64,000 nucleotides of DNA from Octopus bimaculoides (taxonomy: Eukaryota), in contig NC_068981.1 of the NCBI RefSeq assembly GCF_001194135.2, positions 38,078,263 to 38,142,262 of the forward strand. Direction: 5' to 3'. This document shows, one piece after another, positions 35,601 through 49,710 of the stretch. Positions within the stretch are counted from its first letter, which is position 1, and each line of letters starts with the position of its first letter. Both the position numbers and the translations under genes were made by a program. The notes below the pieces were generated by a model. It did no database searches and was not told the origin of the DNA. It saw nothing but the letters and a program-made list of their open reading frames with translations.

Positions 35601-38340
35601 GGATGAAATGTCACTAAAAAATTTGCTTGCTGTCCTAACAATTATGCCTGCTCACCACTTCATGTTATATTACATATTGAGAAATATTCTAATATACTAG
35701 AGGCAAAGGTGGCAACGATAACAGCTGTAGCAGTAGTAGTAGTTGTAAATTTAACAGTAGAATTTTACTTTAGGTCCTTCGATAGTGTTGTGATAATTTC
35801 TAGTTGTATAATGGCTGCTGATAATTTTATATCCCAATTTGTGAACTACATTATTGTTGGTAACAAGTTTCTGATAGATCAGTCATTAATTCACTGCAGT
35901 TCTGATGGTGAGAATGACAAGAGAGTGTCTATACTTTAGTGAAAACCATAGCAAAGGACTTTACGCGAGAAACACCAGTTTTTCCGTTTCAGCATTGATG
36001 TTTATCTTGAAATAATAATTGCTGCTCATTTACTAATTAAGAGAAATTGGGAAAGTTCCAAGTTTTTATATTTACATTTAAATGGTTTCTGTTTCCTTTT
36101 TCCTTTATTGTCTAACAAATTAACCCTTCGGTATGTTTTGTTCTTTTCTCAACATGAATCAATGCTTTCTGGTGATTATTTTCTCATCATTTACTAGCTG
36201 ATAGCCTCTATATTTTATGTTCATCAATTAATTGACTTACTTCATATTTTACAAGACTACCATAGACTCTTGTTGATTAAACACCTTGTGAGTGAAATTT
36301 GATGCATGGGGCTTGTACAGAAGCCCACAGTATGTGCACTTGCGTGTATGTGTGTATGTGTGTGTGTGTGTGTGTGTGTTTGCATATGTATATAATTTGT
36401 TAGAAAGAAAGAAAAAGAAATAATGAATATTTAAATTTCTACAGATCTTTCAATTAGTAAACAAACAGCAATTATTATTTGGGGATAATTATGATTTGAA
36501 GAGCTTTGTTTGGCAAATAAGAGGAATATATAATGAAGATGGCAAAATGAAACTGCATGCATGATAGTATCAAGAAACTGCACTTAGCAAATTGCTTAGA
36601 CCTGACAAGTTGATTCATCTTACTAATGCTTATTCCCTTTCTACTTCTACTTCATAGCTCATGGAGAATTAGCTACATCATTCTAGCTTGTTTGATTATC
36701 TAGCATCTTCAGAATTGTCAAAACGATTTAACATACTTGAATGAATAAAATAAATAAAGACAAAATAGAGAAAAACCCTTATGAAAAAGAGAAAAAAGTG
36801 TGGGGAGGACATATAGTAAGCAAAGAGGTAAAAGATAAAACATAACAATAATACCTGTAATAAAATGACAAAAGAATAAGTAATAAGAATGACAATGTAA
36901 AATAGTGAAAAAGTAATTGAAATAACAACCCAACAAATGTTGCTAAGATTTGATGGAAATGAAAAGAAAAGTGGAAAATGAACAAGTGTTTTCAGGAATC
37001 TTGAAGTAGAAAGTAACACAATGGAAAGCTATCACCAGCTTTTTCAGTAGCTTTCAGCTTAAATTTTGTTATTGTCTTGCTGTGCGAAAGCATCTTCGAT
37101 TAATGTTTTATTATTCATGCAACACCTTGAGAAAAGAATCTTTGGCTGATGGAATCTAAGTGAGAATTTCAGAAATGAAAATCATGAGAATCTTGGACAA
37201 GAACAGCATAAAGAAATGTTAGATATATGTGAAGACAATGAAGATATTGACAGTGATAGTGACAATACCAAAGTAAGAGAGTAGTATGAAGGAAAGTAGG
37301 TATGTAAATAGATTAGACATGGTCCATAGTTGAAGCAGCTGAAACAGGGGGATTAAGGAAAAGAAAACAATAAACATTATTGTATAAATGAAGAAAAATA
37401 TGATGGCAAATTGGTTAAATAAAAACATATTTTTCTTTACTATTACAAAGTAATTGCTAAGTAATCCATTTGCTTGTCATTGGATGAGACATGTTTTGAA
37501 GTATTCCATTTACTAACAGAACTTTCTTTAAATTGATATTGTATAACACTAGCTTTCTTTGTAATGATATATAATGTATTCATCTTAGTTGAATATATAC
37601 ATATATGCATATGATTTCAATGTTGCTTAACTTGTTAGAAATTACACCCTGCTGTTGGTAATAATGTTGTGGAGATGTATGTATATATTTAGATATATGA
37701 ATGTATGTGTGTATTTTCCTATATTACTCAATTAGTCACAGAAAGTTTGTGAGGAATCCTTTGACTTAATTTGCTGACTTTTCTGATAGCACACAGGTGT
37801 CGATGAATGGCTGAATGGCCAAATCCAAGCTCCTCAGCTAGTTCTTCAACAGTTACAATGGGATTTTGTCCCATCAGGGTATGCAAGACTTCCTCATTGA
37901 GTTCTACAGATCTTGCATTTTATGTTGCGTTGTAGCCTTTATTGAACTCATAAAGCAAACTAAGCTGAATATGCTCCTTTGTCACTTCCATTACAGCTTT
38001 GAAAAAATACTGTTAAAATCGAAATGCACTCTTCAAAACTTGCTCTAAGAATAAGGACAAGGTAAAATTATTACCTGCTTTTTTTAGCAAGTTGATGCAG
38101 GTAATTTNNNNNNNNNNNNNNNNNNNNNNNNNNNNNNNNNNNNNNNNNNNNNNNNNNNNNNNNNNNNNNNNNNNNNNNNNNNNNNNNNNNNNNNNNNNNN
38201 NNNNNNNNNNNNNNNNNNNNNNNNNNNNNNNNNNNNNNNNNNNNNNNNNNNNNNNNNNNNNNNNNNNNNNNNNNNNNNNNNNNNNNNNNNNNNNNNNNNN
38301 NNNNNNNNNNNNNNNNNNNNNNNNNNNNNNNNNNNNNNNN

Positions 38341-38638
38341 CGAGATCGTGCCAGTGCTGCTGGACTGGCTCCTGTGCAGGTGGCACGAAAAATACACCAT
38401 TTTGAGCGTGACCGTTGCCAGTACCACATGACTGGCCTTCGTGCCAGTGGCACGTAAAAGCACCCACTACACTCTCGGAGTGGTTGGCGTTAGGAAGGGC
38501 ATCAGCTGTAGAAACTCTGCCAAATCAGATTGGAGCCTGGTGTAGCCATCTGGTTCACCAGTCCTCAGTCAAATCGTCCAACCCATGCTAGCATGGAAAG
38601 CGGACGTTAAACGATGATGATAATGATGATGATGATGG
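38341..38638 (+). mobile_element. RTE LINE 3' UTR/tail, running into a gap
   Basis: gtaaaagcacccactacactctcggagtggttggcgttaggaagggcatc...ggaaagcggacgttaaacgatgatgat; reverse complement of 12105-12370. Confidence 0.9.
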
Positions 38639-39685
38639 TATGCACGCACACACACACACACATACATTAGTAAATACATTAATACATATACGGAAATACA
38701 AACATACACACCAGTATCCCAGCTTGGCCATAGTTCTTGACCCGAAACTAGTTGAAGAATTAAAGAGTTGTTTATATATAACAAGGGGTAAAAGGGATCA
38801 ATAAATCCAGGCAGATATCTGGAAAGTGCAGAGTATTAAGCAAACTTGGTTAACTATATCAAGGAATCAGACATCAATAAATTGAAATAGAACCAACATC
38901 CAAGGCAATTCCTCATGTGTGATAAGCAAATCCCAATATCTCTAACAAGAATTTCAAGAAATTCAAAGTGTAAAACATAAAGGAGAATGAAGAAAATCAC
39001 ATATTTAATTGATGGTTACACCATACATTACCAACGATCGTATCTATTGTGCCCTATATTTAGATATAGGAAAAAAAGGAACAAAAGCACAGCCAAACCA
39101 ATATATCCGAAAATTTATACTGACACAATGTTATCAAGGTAACTTTAAGTAGGTTAAATTCAAGTATGCCCGTGAGCCCATTTTACTTCACCACAAGCCG
39201 ACATACTCATATGTACAAAATATAGTAAATTTTTCAATAGTAAAATTTATACAATATTTGTATGCCTATTTGACCATAGGTCATGTTCCCACTATGACTT
39301 AAAATGGTTAGACTTGAACAGAAAATCGTTCGGTAATTGCCATTTGAATGACAATTTTGTTTTTGCTATGAAACATATATTGCTAGGTTTGTACCATCCC
39401 CTTGAGACCCAGCTACACTCTAGCTGAAAAATATAGCAACCTTATAAGTGTTATAAATGTCATAAATTCAGTGGTGGCATCAATGAAGATGTTACACATT
39501 AATTTAATATGTTAAACTTACCTTATTATCGAATTATATATAAACATATACAAGATCTGCACAGATATAAGAGTTAAAACTTGTATCTGCCTACAGACCT
39601 TTTTGTTTTTAAATTTTTGCATGTTGCACTAAAAAGTTTACCCACTCCTGCTTTGTGATTTTTTTCCAGATTTATGATACCATGA

Positions 39686-39720
<35 letters not shown>

Positions 39721-40128
39721 CACAGAAAACGTATTGTATTCTTTCTGTAATGTACACTCGTTTTAGGAAGCTGTGTGCCATTATTACATAAGCCAGTTGG
39801 CCATATCACACAACTCAATATAGTTAAATCACTTTCTCAGCATTTTCAACTAGGATTCTGTATACTGGCCTATCTGGAGTTATGATAGTTGTTGTCAAAT
39901 CATGGTATGCATTGAATTTTCTATATCCTATTAAAATATAAATCTAATCATCACATCAGTGCTGAAGAGATGATTAAGTCACTGAATTGCATATTCTTTG
40001 TTTTTTCTCTTATACATACATACACGTGTGTGGTTGTGTGTGTATGTGTGTATGTGTGTCTGTGTATGTGTGTATGTATGTATCTATCTATCTATCCATA
40101 TATATATATACACACATACATATATATA

Positions 40129-40168
<40 letters not shown>

Positions 40169-43100
40169 ATGAGTGAGTGAGTGAGTGTGAGAGAGAGAGA
40201 AATTATTAGGAAAGATGCATACAGTTCCTTTCAAAGTAGTAGGACTTATTTTGGTATTGAACTAGTTCTTCTAAAAGTCATAAGGATTTTACAAAAACCT
40301 GAGATTACATTTCTTGATTATGGCTAGACTGGTTTTGATTAAAGGTTTACTCAGTTAATATCTACCAGGAAATAAACAGTGAAATGTGAGAATGTGCATA
40401 AGCATGTAATTCATTCATGTATTTATTCATTATATTTTATCTAGTGATTATCTAATGATCTCTAAGGTCAATGCAAAATATAATCCATGCTGGAATATGT
40501 TGTTAGTATTTTTGACTGCCAGTGTTCTGAAAAGTGCTAAAGTTTTCTTAAGGTATTTTTAAAAGAATATAACAGAATATTCACATTTGTTATAAATAAT
40601 GTTGACTCTGAAAGAGGCCTATGATATGACTGAATCACAAGACATACATAAAGTAGAATACTTTTATACACATACACATCTCCCTAAAATCTGTAACTAA
40701 CACAAAGATCGATAAAAACGTTTTAAAACACCAGAACCCAACACATAATGAAATTTTTGCAGTACATCTAGCCTCGCTGTTATATTTATCACACTAAAAA
40801 ACATCATCACATAAAATATTGATACAGTTATCACATAAGACAAATGTTTAGCCTTGAATTCACACAAAGATTCTACAAATCGCAGCTGTTATTCACATAG
40901 AGTTTGATAGGTTTATTTATAGTGAAGGAGAGATGCAACACCTACTATTCAGAAACCTCAAGCACACAATGTACATACAAGCCAGTAAAAATATACCAAT
41001 ATCTAAACTAAAATACTGTTATCAATATATGAATGTATTTCATACAGTTTGTATCATAAAGATGAGGCAATTATTTTGGTTTGGAAGAACTTTTGGAGTG
41101 AATACATGGTCTGAATTGTTACCAGATATAGATCAGGGTGTTTCAAATTTCTAATTCTAGGATATTTTTTGATTATATTCAACAATGTTGATGTACCCTT
41201 GAGTAAAATATAATGTAAAATAGGTGGATACATGTAATATATATCATTAATTTGATTTTAAAATTTTAAATTCTGCTACAGTTAACTTTGCCTTTCATTC
41301 TTCCAGGGCTGATAAAATACAATACCTGTCAAAATATAATCAACTATTTTCGTCTTCAACATTTCTAGTCTTGTGCTTATGTATGAAATCAATTTCATTT
41401 AATTGAATGTTACATTTTTACTGAGATGAATTAGCATGGCTCTTTCTAACAAGTAACTTAATTCTAAGCACATCTTAGAGGGAGACACACCTGCATATCA
41501 TTCTCAGATGACAGTCGTGCATGAAATTTGTTTTTGGTTATAAGCATGGCTGAAAGCTCTTGTTCACAACAAAAAGTGGATGGAAATAGAAAAGGGACAC
41601 AAATATTCTAGACATTCAAATTGCATTTCATTGTGATTGCTTTCAAATCCCAGTGATTTTTATCAACCTCATGTACTCTTTCAATCTCTTTTACATTTCC
41701 TTAAATTTATGCTTGCCTTGGCTAGAGAACCGTTTGACAGAGATTAATAAAATCTATGTGACCTAAGTATTAAGATCACTTATTCACCCTAAAACATTAA
41801 AAACATTTTGTTTTTAATGTGTTACTTTAGTGTTTCTTTGAATCTATTAGTAATACACCCCTAGTGGATTCAGATCAACATCCAACTAAATGCAGTTAAT
41901 GTTCAAATTTGATATCTCTATTATAATCACAAGGTGGTTTAGAAATCCAAAAGAAACAGAAATTTCCCCATTCAGATACAATATACATTACATTATTGCA
42001 TACACAGACACACATGTGCATACACACACACATACACAGACGTGCGCATACACATGTGTACATAAAAGTAGTCTTGTCCAACCCATGCCATTAAAAGAAA
42101 AGTGGACATAAAATTATGACAATGGTGATGATGGTGAAGATGGTAATGGTGATAACGATGACGATAATGACGATGAGGTGATGATGATGACGAGGATGAT
42201 GATGACGAGGATGATNNNNNNNNNNATGATGATGACGAGGATGATGATGACGAGGATGATGGTAATGTGTGTACGTGTGTGTGTGTGTTTGTGTACAAAA
42301 ACTTATAGTTCACTGAATTGCAGCTGGCATAAGACAGAGAGAGAGGGTAGAGAAATAACAAACAAAAAAAGACAAATAGCATCAGTGGCAAAGCAGTATA
42401 CAGAGCATCCAAGATGTGTGTCACTGAGGAGACCAAATCACATAGAAACACGCTCTGGTGATCCACCAACATTCTATGTGAATCCCTTTGTTTTTAACTG
42501 AGAAGTCTCTTTGAGAGAGAGGTTTTACTATGACAAAATATGACAACTAGTGCCATTCCACATTAGTATACTCATGATGTTATACACACAGGGATTTTAA
42601 TCTAAGTTTTTGCAAGTTCATATATGAATATATACATACATATGTACACAGAGATATATCCATATATACATACATGTATACATTTATATATGTATATTCA
42701 TGCACATACATACTTACACACTCGCACACACACATATACACACACCTATACACACACACACACACACATATGTAATCCATTTAAAGTATTTTAAAGGACT
42801 ACTTTCTTTCCTATTGCTCTTTTCTTATCTATCTTTTTGTCTATCGGTTATCTTACCTTGTACTTCTTGTTTACCCTTTTCCTTTACTATCTCTCTATTC
42901 TCTTTTATTTTTTATGTTTTATGCTTGAAAGATCATCTCTCTCTGTCAGTATTTCTTCACAGAAACCCATCTTATTCTTATTCTTTGTTGCAAGACATAC
43001 TTCGTCTACATATTTTTTTCTGTTTCTATCCTTGCCTATTTGTTTCTTTGATAAAGATTTCCTGTTTTCCTCACAACTGATCTTTACATACGTTCAGGCT

Positions 43101-43393
43101 AGTGACCCCTTCTGTTCTTGATATTGTACCTGTCTCATATTTTTATATTATATTCGTCTTTTCATGTCCACTCATTTATGTTCCAGCAACTTTCATTGCT
43201 GACACAGCCAAATTGAAGTATATTATCATATGTATCAAAATTCTGGTGATATTTGGTTGATAACTGATGAGAGTTTTGAGCTTGTTCATATCGATTATGA
43301 CTATATTTTCTTGTTATTCCATATGGCCCCACTGTGCCAGATTTATACATACATACGTCCATATATATATATATATACATACATACATACATA

Positions 43394-43690
43394 CAGTACC
43401 ATGTAAAAGTCCTTGGTCACTGTAAACTATTGCCATCTTATAAGTGGATGTTTCACATTGTGTTTTTTACAGGTGAAACATTGGCTTTGTTGGAGTCATT
43501 TCCATACTTAATCATTATATTTGTAGTAGGAGTTCTGAACAAGAGGGGAAGATGCGAGACAACCACCCAAAATGGCTGTACAAAGGTTTTCAGCCACCTG
43601 TAATAAATTTTCATTATAGACATTTTTCTGTTTTAAAACACTGTATTTTGATTGGTTTATGTGAAGTGGCTGAAAACTTTTGCATGGCTG
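43394..43690. mobile_element. Tc1-like MITE or deletion derivative
   Basis: TA then CAGTACCATGTAAAAGTCCTTGGTCACT at the left end; the right end reads CAGCCATGCAAAAGTTTTCAGCCACT in reverse. An internal direct copy (tacaaaggttttcagccacc) lies at ~43579-43598. Confidence 0.5.
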
Positions 43691-45484
43691 TTTTGGCTGG
43701 TCATCTTACATCTCCTCTCATTCAGAACTATAACTACAAAATATAATGATTAGGTATGCAAATGACTCCAACAGGGCCAATGTTTCATCTGTAAAAGACA
43801 CCATGTGAAACATCCACTTATAAGTTGGCAATTAGAAGAAATTTACAAATTTACAATAGCTTAAAGTGGCCGAAGACTTTTGTACTATAAATATATACAT
43901 ACATACATATGCATACTTACATACACACATACATTCATGCAGATACAAGCACTACCAATTGAAAACTTCACAAAACTAAACACTACGAAGCTTATGGAGT
44001 CATCAAGAGAGAATGCATGCCATTTGAGAACCTTTCTATCATTGACACTGTACTCTGGCCCCAGCTCACTGAGAATAGGCCCTAATTGCTAAATCAACTG
44101 GTTACAAGACTTCACTCAATATTCTTCTTGTCATTGATCATTGTCTCTTTTTAACCATATCCAGTGGCTTACCTTCTCCACTGTAGCCAGGCTATCTCTC
44201 ATGATGACATTTGCTTTATGTTGTATTAGGCCGAGCAACAACAACTATTGCCTCATATTGTTTGCAATGAGAACTCATTGGTTTTAACATAAGAACAAAG
44301 ACATGCAAAGAACCAGCATGGAAACCTCTACAAGTTAATTCATCTGCTAGAAATGGCAAGCAAATCTCCTTCAAGTTATACCCACTTTTTAAATTAAGTA
44401 AAGCAAACACTGAATAATATGATACTACATATGCATAGAGCAGATATGATGATTGTGGTTGAAATACCTTTTGTAATATATCTGCTTCATTAGATGTGAC
44501 CAGTGGTTAAACACCAACATAAATATACAACTTGAACTAAACACTCATTATAGCTTCACTAATTGCAGCTGAATGTAATTTCAGGCTATTATGCAAGTGA
44601 TAAACAAGAATACTAGCATTAAACAAAAAATTTTACAATGCTATTTGTGCTAACAGTTGTAAAAAATATATTTCTTGTAATTCCATGTTTTTCTTTCATT
44701 ATCTAAGTTTTACACAGCTCGAATAATTCTGTAAAATTCAAAACTTTGCCTGAGGGCTCTTTTACAACTAAATGTCAGTACTAGTGTTAAGTTATTTACT
44801 ATGCACTGAGGTTGGTACTTAATTTTCAGTTAATACTAGAACGATTCTGAGACCCTTAGGACATAGTACAATGCTTATGACAGCATTTTAGCACAATAAC
44901 TGTACATAAGGTAAAGATCATTCAATTTGATGTGTAAGCAATATAGACTTGTTAAAGTATACATTATTTCTTATTGATTCACAGCACTGCATTACTTCTT
45001 TTACTCAAACAGTGTTGGAAATGAGTATAACATACAAATATACAAACACATATTTGTACAAAATGATCAAACTTTCACCTTAAAATGTGCATGCATTTGA
45101 TATTTACTGTTATGTAATTTTAGAGACAAAATTACTAAGACATTCCATCTGCATGAAAAAATAATAGTTAAGTTTATGTTACTATATATAATGCAGTGAA
45201 TACTAAAAAGCTAATTAGAAATGATTATGTGGTGAGGAAAAGACAGCCTTAGTCAATGATTAATAATTTAATTACTCCAGCAAGTACAAGAGAGAACTCC
45301 TCAAATGTGTTGGTCTAATTATTTAGTGCTGAAACTAAAAGAATTTTTAATAAAATTTCTCGAAAATAATTGAAATTTTAAGATGCATAACCTTTAATTG
45401 TTTTAACAGCGAGGCTAAAAATGGGACCATAACTTTCTTGACTATACCTACATGCATATATACAAACATATATACATACCATTT

Positions 45485-45882
45485 ATCTTTTACCTTTTAC
45501 TTGTTTCCGTCATTAGACTGCAGCCATGCTGGAGTACTGCATTGGAGAATTTTTAGTTGATTGAATCGACCGCAGCATTAATTTTGTTTAAGCCTAGTAT
45601 TTATTTTCTTGGTCTTTTTGCTGAACGACTAAATAACAAAGATATAAACATGCCAACACCAGTAGACAGCAGTGGTGGGAGACAAACACAGACACAATCA
45701 AACACGCATGCACGCACACACACACGTGCGGACTTCTCTCAGATTCCATCTACCAAATCACCTCACAAAGTTTTGGTTAGCCTAAGGCTGTTGTGGAAGA
45801 TACTTGTACAAAGTGCTATGCAGTGGGACTGAACCTGGAACCATGTGGTTGGAAAGCTAGCTTCTTACCACGTAGCCACACC
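45485..45882 (-). mobile_element. tRNA-derived SINE, family A
   Basis: Same organisation as 48316-48721, more diverged. Confidence 0.8.
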
Positions 45883-46907
45883 ATATATATATATGTNNNN
45901 NNNNNNNNNNNNNNNNNNNNNNNNNNNNNNNNNNNNNNNNNNNNNNNNNNNNNNNNNNNNNNNNNNNNNNNNNNNNNNNNNNNNNNNNNNNNNNNNNNNN
46001 NNNNNNNNNNNNNNNNNNNNNNNNNNNNNNNNNNNNNNNNNNNNNNNNNNNNNNNNNNNNNNNNNNNNNNNNNNNNNNNNNNNNNNNNNNNNNNNNNNNN
46101 NNNNNNNNNNNNNNNNNNNNNNNNNNNNNNNNNNNNNNNNNNNNNNNNNNNNNNNNNNNNNNNNNNNNNNNNNNNNNNNNNNNNNNNNNNNNNNNNNNNN
46201 NNNNNNNNNNNNNNNNNNNNNNNNNNNNNNNNNNNNNNNNNNNNNNNNNNNNNNNNNNNNNNNNNNNNNNNNNNNNNNNNNNNNNNNNNNNNNNNNNNNN
46301 NNNNNNNNNNNNNNNNNNNNNNNNNNNNNNNNNNNNNNNNNNNNNNNNNNNNNNNNNNNNNNNNNNNNNNNNNNNNNNNNNNNNNNNNNNNNNNNNNNNN
46401 NNNNNNNNNNNNNNNNNNNNNNNNNNNNNNNNNNNNNNNNNNNNNNNNNNNNNNNNNNNNNNNNNNNNNNNNNNNNNNNNNNNNNNNNNNNNNNNNNNNN
46501 NNNNNNNNNNNNNNNNNNNNNNNNNNNNNNNNNNNNNNNNNNNNNNNNNNNNNNNNNNNNNNNNNNNNNNNNNNNNNNNNNNNNNNNNNNNNNNNNNNNN
46601 NNNNNNNNNNNNNNNNNNNNNNNNNNNNNNNNNNNNNNNNNNNNNNNNNNNNNNNNNNNNNNNNNNNNNNNNNNNNNNNNNNNNNNNNNNNNNNNNNNNN
46701 NNNNNNNNNNNNNNNNNNNNNNNNNNNNNNNNNNNNNNNNNNNNNNNNNNNNNNNNNNNNNNNNNNNNNNNNNNNNNNNNNNNNNNNNNNNNNNNNNNNN
46801 NNNNNNNNNNNNNNNNNNNNNNNNNNNNNNNNNNNNNNNNNNNNNNNNNNNNNNNNNNNNNNNNNNNNNNNNNNNNNNNNNNTGTAAAATATGTGACACT
46901 TATTCGG

Positions 46908-46981
46908 TAGCCATGATAAAACTCCAAGTTTCGGATGCCGGGGTGGGAACCCACACCAACATCTCTTCAGTTATCCGGCCA
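46908..46981 (-). ncRNA. Type I hammerhead ribozyme
   Basis: Minus strand: UGGCC-g-GAUAA CUGAAGA GAUGUUGG-u-GUGG-guuc-CCAC-c-CCGGCAUC-C GAAA CU-ugg-AG UU UUAUC-au-GGCUA. Exact core, long stem II, 3-bp stem III with a 3-nt loop, GUU triplet, and a 5+5 bp stem I with an internal loop. Confidence 0.8.
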
Positions 46982-47154
46982 TTGAAAATTCCTGTGATAA
47001 ATGACTGTTAAATAAACGGAAATTACTGTGTGATTGACCGTTATTAAGACAAAAGAGCTATAGACTGCTATGTAAGGGGAGGGGGTAAAGATAAGATAGT
47101 GTAGTGGGTGCTTTTACATGCTACTGATATGAGGGCTCAAATGTGGTTTTTGCT

Positions 47155-47362
47155 CATACCTAGTCTTGCCTATCTCTAGCTCCCACTTTTCACACAGCTT
47201 CGAATCAATGGAGCACTTTCACTACCTGTTCATGTCACCACAACTTGTAGTGGTTTAGGGCCCAGTTTAGGGCATTCATTCATGATATGGGCAATGGTTT
47301 CATCCACTCTATTGCAGATGCGGCACAGCAGAGACACTTGCTCATTCCTAAGGTTGACCCTC

Positions 47363-47365
<3 letters not shown>
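47155..47365 (-). mobile_element. RLE-type (Dong/R4-like) LINE fragment with CCHC knuckle
   Basis: Minus translation LCRICNRVDETIAHIMNECPKL, then after a frameshift HYKLW*HEQVVKVLH*. This matches the C-x2-C-x7-H-x4-C knuckle and RHD..V motif that precede the RLE domain. Abuts (TAA)n. Confidence 0.75.
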
Positions 47366-47419
<54 letters not shown>

Positions 47420-47426
47420 CATCATT

Positions 47427-47459
<33 letters not shown>

Positions 47460-47462
47460 GTA
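47365..47462. repeat. (TTA)n(TCA)n microsatellite
   Basis: Visible directly. Confidence 0.95.
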
Positions 47463-47473
47463 ATTACTTTTGT

Positions 47474-47670
47474 AGTGAGATGGCATAATTGTTAGAGTGT
47501 CAGGATAAAATACTTTGTCGTATTTGTTCTGACTTTGCATTGTGAGTTCAAATCCCACCAAGGTCAACTTTGTCTTTCATCCTTTTGGGGGTCCATAAAG
47601 TAAAGTATCAATCAAATACTAGGATCGATTGCATCAACTTGCCTTTTCTCCTAAAAATTGTTGGCCTATT
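47474..47670 (+). mobile_element. Older family B-related SINE
   Basis: gagatggcataattgttagagtgtcagg...gagttcaaatcccaccaaggtcaactttgtctttcatccttttggggg...aaaattgttggcc. Confidence 0.7.
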
Positions 47671-48315
47671 ATTAGAAGTGATAGAAGCACTAACAGTAGT
47701 TGTATATCTTAAAGTATTATTTTTTTGATAAATTTGTATTGCTAATTTTCTATCAGTCAAACAAAATAAATACATTATTAGCTTTTATTATAAAATAAAC
47801 ATTGGGTTTGCCTTCAGTCTTTCACCTTCTTCCAATTAAAACCTTTTGAGAAGATAACATGGATTTCTCTTTTTTCAACTTTTGTTCTTTGAAATTTGAT
47901 TTATTACAAGATGAGCAACAAACAGTTTTTAGATAATCAAAGAACAATGCCATTTATTTTTTACTGACTAATGCAAGGTAGTCTTGTAATTTTCAACATT
48001 TATTATTGAAGGAAAATTTTTTGATTTTATTGAATTTTTACTACAATGGATTCACTTTGACAAACATAACAAAGGATTTCAAACTGAAAAACTGAATGTT
48101 ATTAGACAATTGTTATTTGAATGTTATCCAGTAGAAATATTAATGCTTCAAAGTGCATGTCTGTAACTGAAAATAGAAATCCATAAGCAGACATATGAAT
48201 GTATATTTATGTATATATAAGTGCGTGACAGAGAATTAAAAATATATAAATAGGTATTTATACAAAAATACAGTATGTGTGTGTGTGTATGTATATATAT
48301 ATATATATATATATA

Positions 48316-48719
48316 TTCTTATATTCTTTTATTTCTTTATTTGTTTCAGTCATTTGACTACGGTCATGCTGGAGCATTACCTTTAGTCAGGCAAATCGAC
48401 TCTAGGACTTATTCTTTGTAAGCCTAGTACTTATTCTATCGGAATCTTTTGCCAAACTGCTAAGTTACAGGGACATAAATACACCAGCATCTGTTGTCAA
48501 GCAATGTTGGGGAGAAATATAGACACACAAACACACACACACACACACATATATATACGATGGGCTTCTTTCAATTTCCATCTACCAAATCCACTCACAA
48601 GGCTTTGGTTGGCCCGAGGCTATAGTGGAAGACACTTGCCCAAGGTGCTATACAGTGAAACTGAACCCGGAACCATGTGGTTGTTAAGCAAGCTACTTAC
48701 CACACAGCTGCTCCTGTGC

Positions 48720-48721
<2 letters not shown>
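48316..48721 (-). mobile_element. Full-length tRNA-derived SINE, family A
   Basis: Best-preserved copy. Minus strand: AGGCACAGGAGCAGCTGTGTGGTAAGTAGCTTGC...GGTTCCGGGTTCAGTTTCA, body, internal (TG)n, and an (AAAGAAT)-like tail. Confidence 0.9.
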
Positions 48722-48773
<52 letters not shown>

Positions 48774-49710
48774 CAAAATAAGCAAAAAGGATATCCAGAG
48801 ATAATGCAGTACAATCGTTTCATGCAACTCCATTTAATTGAACAATGCAATCAATACATCAATTTAAAATGCAGAGCAATCCTCAGTTGCATAAAGGCAT
48901 AAAATTTAATTATATTAAAAAGATGGACACATTAGTATAATTATACCTAAAATTTCCAAGAAGTTAAGGAGGTAGGCAAAGAACATGTTGCCTTCACTCC
49001 AGCATAGAAGCTACTAAGGTATCAAGAAGATATACATTGTTACAGACTCTGCCTCTCACTGATTTTTTTTGCTTTTTTGGGGTCAGTTTTATATTTATAG
49101 ACTAGTTTATCAAATCCTTGTATATCTAAGGCAGAGAGAACAAAAGGTGCAGTATCGGTTAGGGGTAGGGCTGAGGGAGCAGACCGAAATCATAGTTTGT
49201 ATAGTCATAAAAATCAAGATTTATTAGAAGCAATATCATGAGGTTTGGTAAAGGAAAACTTAAAACAAGATGTTAGTTGACAATTAAGGGAGTCACCCAC
49301 CAGTGGATTATTGATAAGGAAACAGGGGAAGTCTTATCATGTAGTACTGTAGTTAAAATATTTTAAACAATGTTGCTATATTGTATACAGTTAAAATTTA
49401 GGGTTATTCAGAGGGTTATTAAGAAGAATATTATAACAAAAGGATAGAAATTTTTGAATACTTTTGAGTATATACCAAGCTTTTACCACAATAGAGGGAG
49501 GAAAAGAAATTATGCAGACATAGTTTAATATTTATACATATTATACACTTAAATACTAACTCATCAGACACCACCTTGAGAAAATTATAATCGAATGTAT
49601 TGACTCCAAAATTTTTTTAAATGATCTTCAACCAGTGCATGAAGTTAAGCCTAGAAGGTCTCTCCACATGCTAGACGTAACAGCCAAATCTCTTGAATAT
49701 TTTTAATAAC

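Noticed and set aside
36696-37428. Hydrophobic F/L/I-rich minus-strand ORFs, similar to those at 27094, 42700 and 42837
   Set aside because: They are low-complexity purine/pyrimidine-skewed DNA and give such peptides in several frames at once.
38706-38760. TTGACCCGAAACTAGTTGAAG, a palindromic stem III-like piece
   Set aside because: No CUGANGA box upstream; at best half of a deleted Penelope-type motif.
39950-39992. CAGTG-CTGAAGA…CACTG
   Set aside because: The GAAA box and stem II are absent.
42418-42466. CUGAGGA…GAAACACGCUC hammerhead-like spacing
   Set aside because: Stem II does not pair and stem III has a C-C mismatch; it cannot be separated from chance without a family consensus.
44173-44250. 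Minus-strand segment ending in a strong GAAG|gtaagc donor (LLLLGLIQHKANVIMRDSLATVEK)
   Set aside because: No convincing acceptor and no partner exons; the ankyrin-like look of LIQHKANV is too short to trust.
49140-49570. Possible Penelope GIY-YIG C-terminal relic on the minus strand (LINNPLVGD…SCFKF…) with a CUGAUGA at 49563-49569
   Set aside because: No GIY/YIG motifs are recoverable and the hammerhead lacks GAAA and stems.
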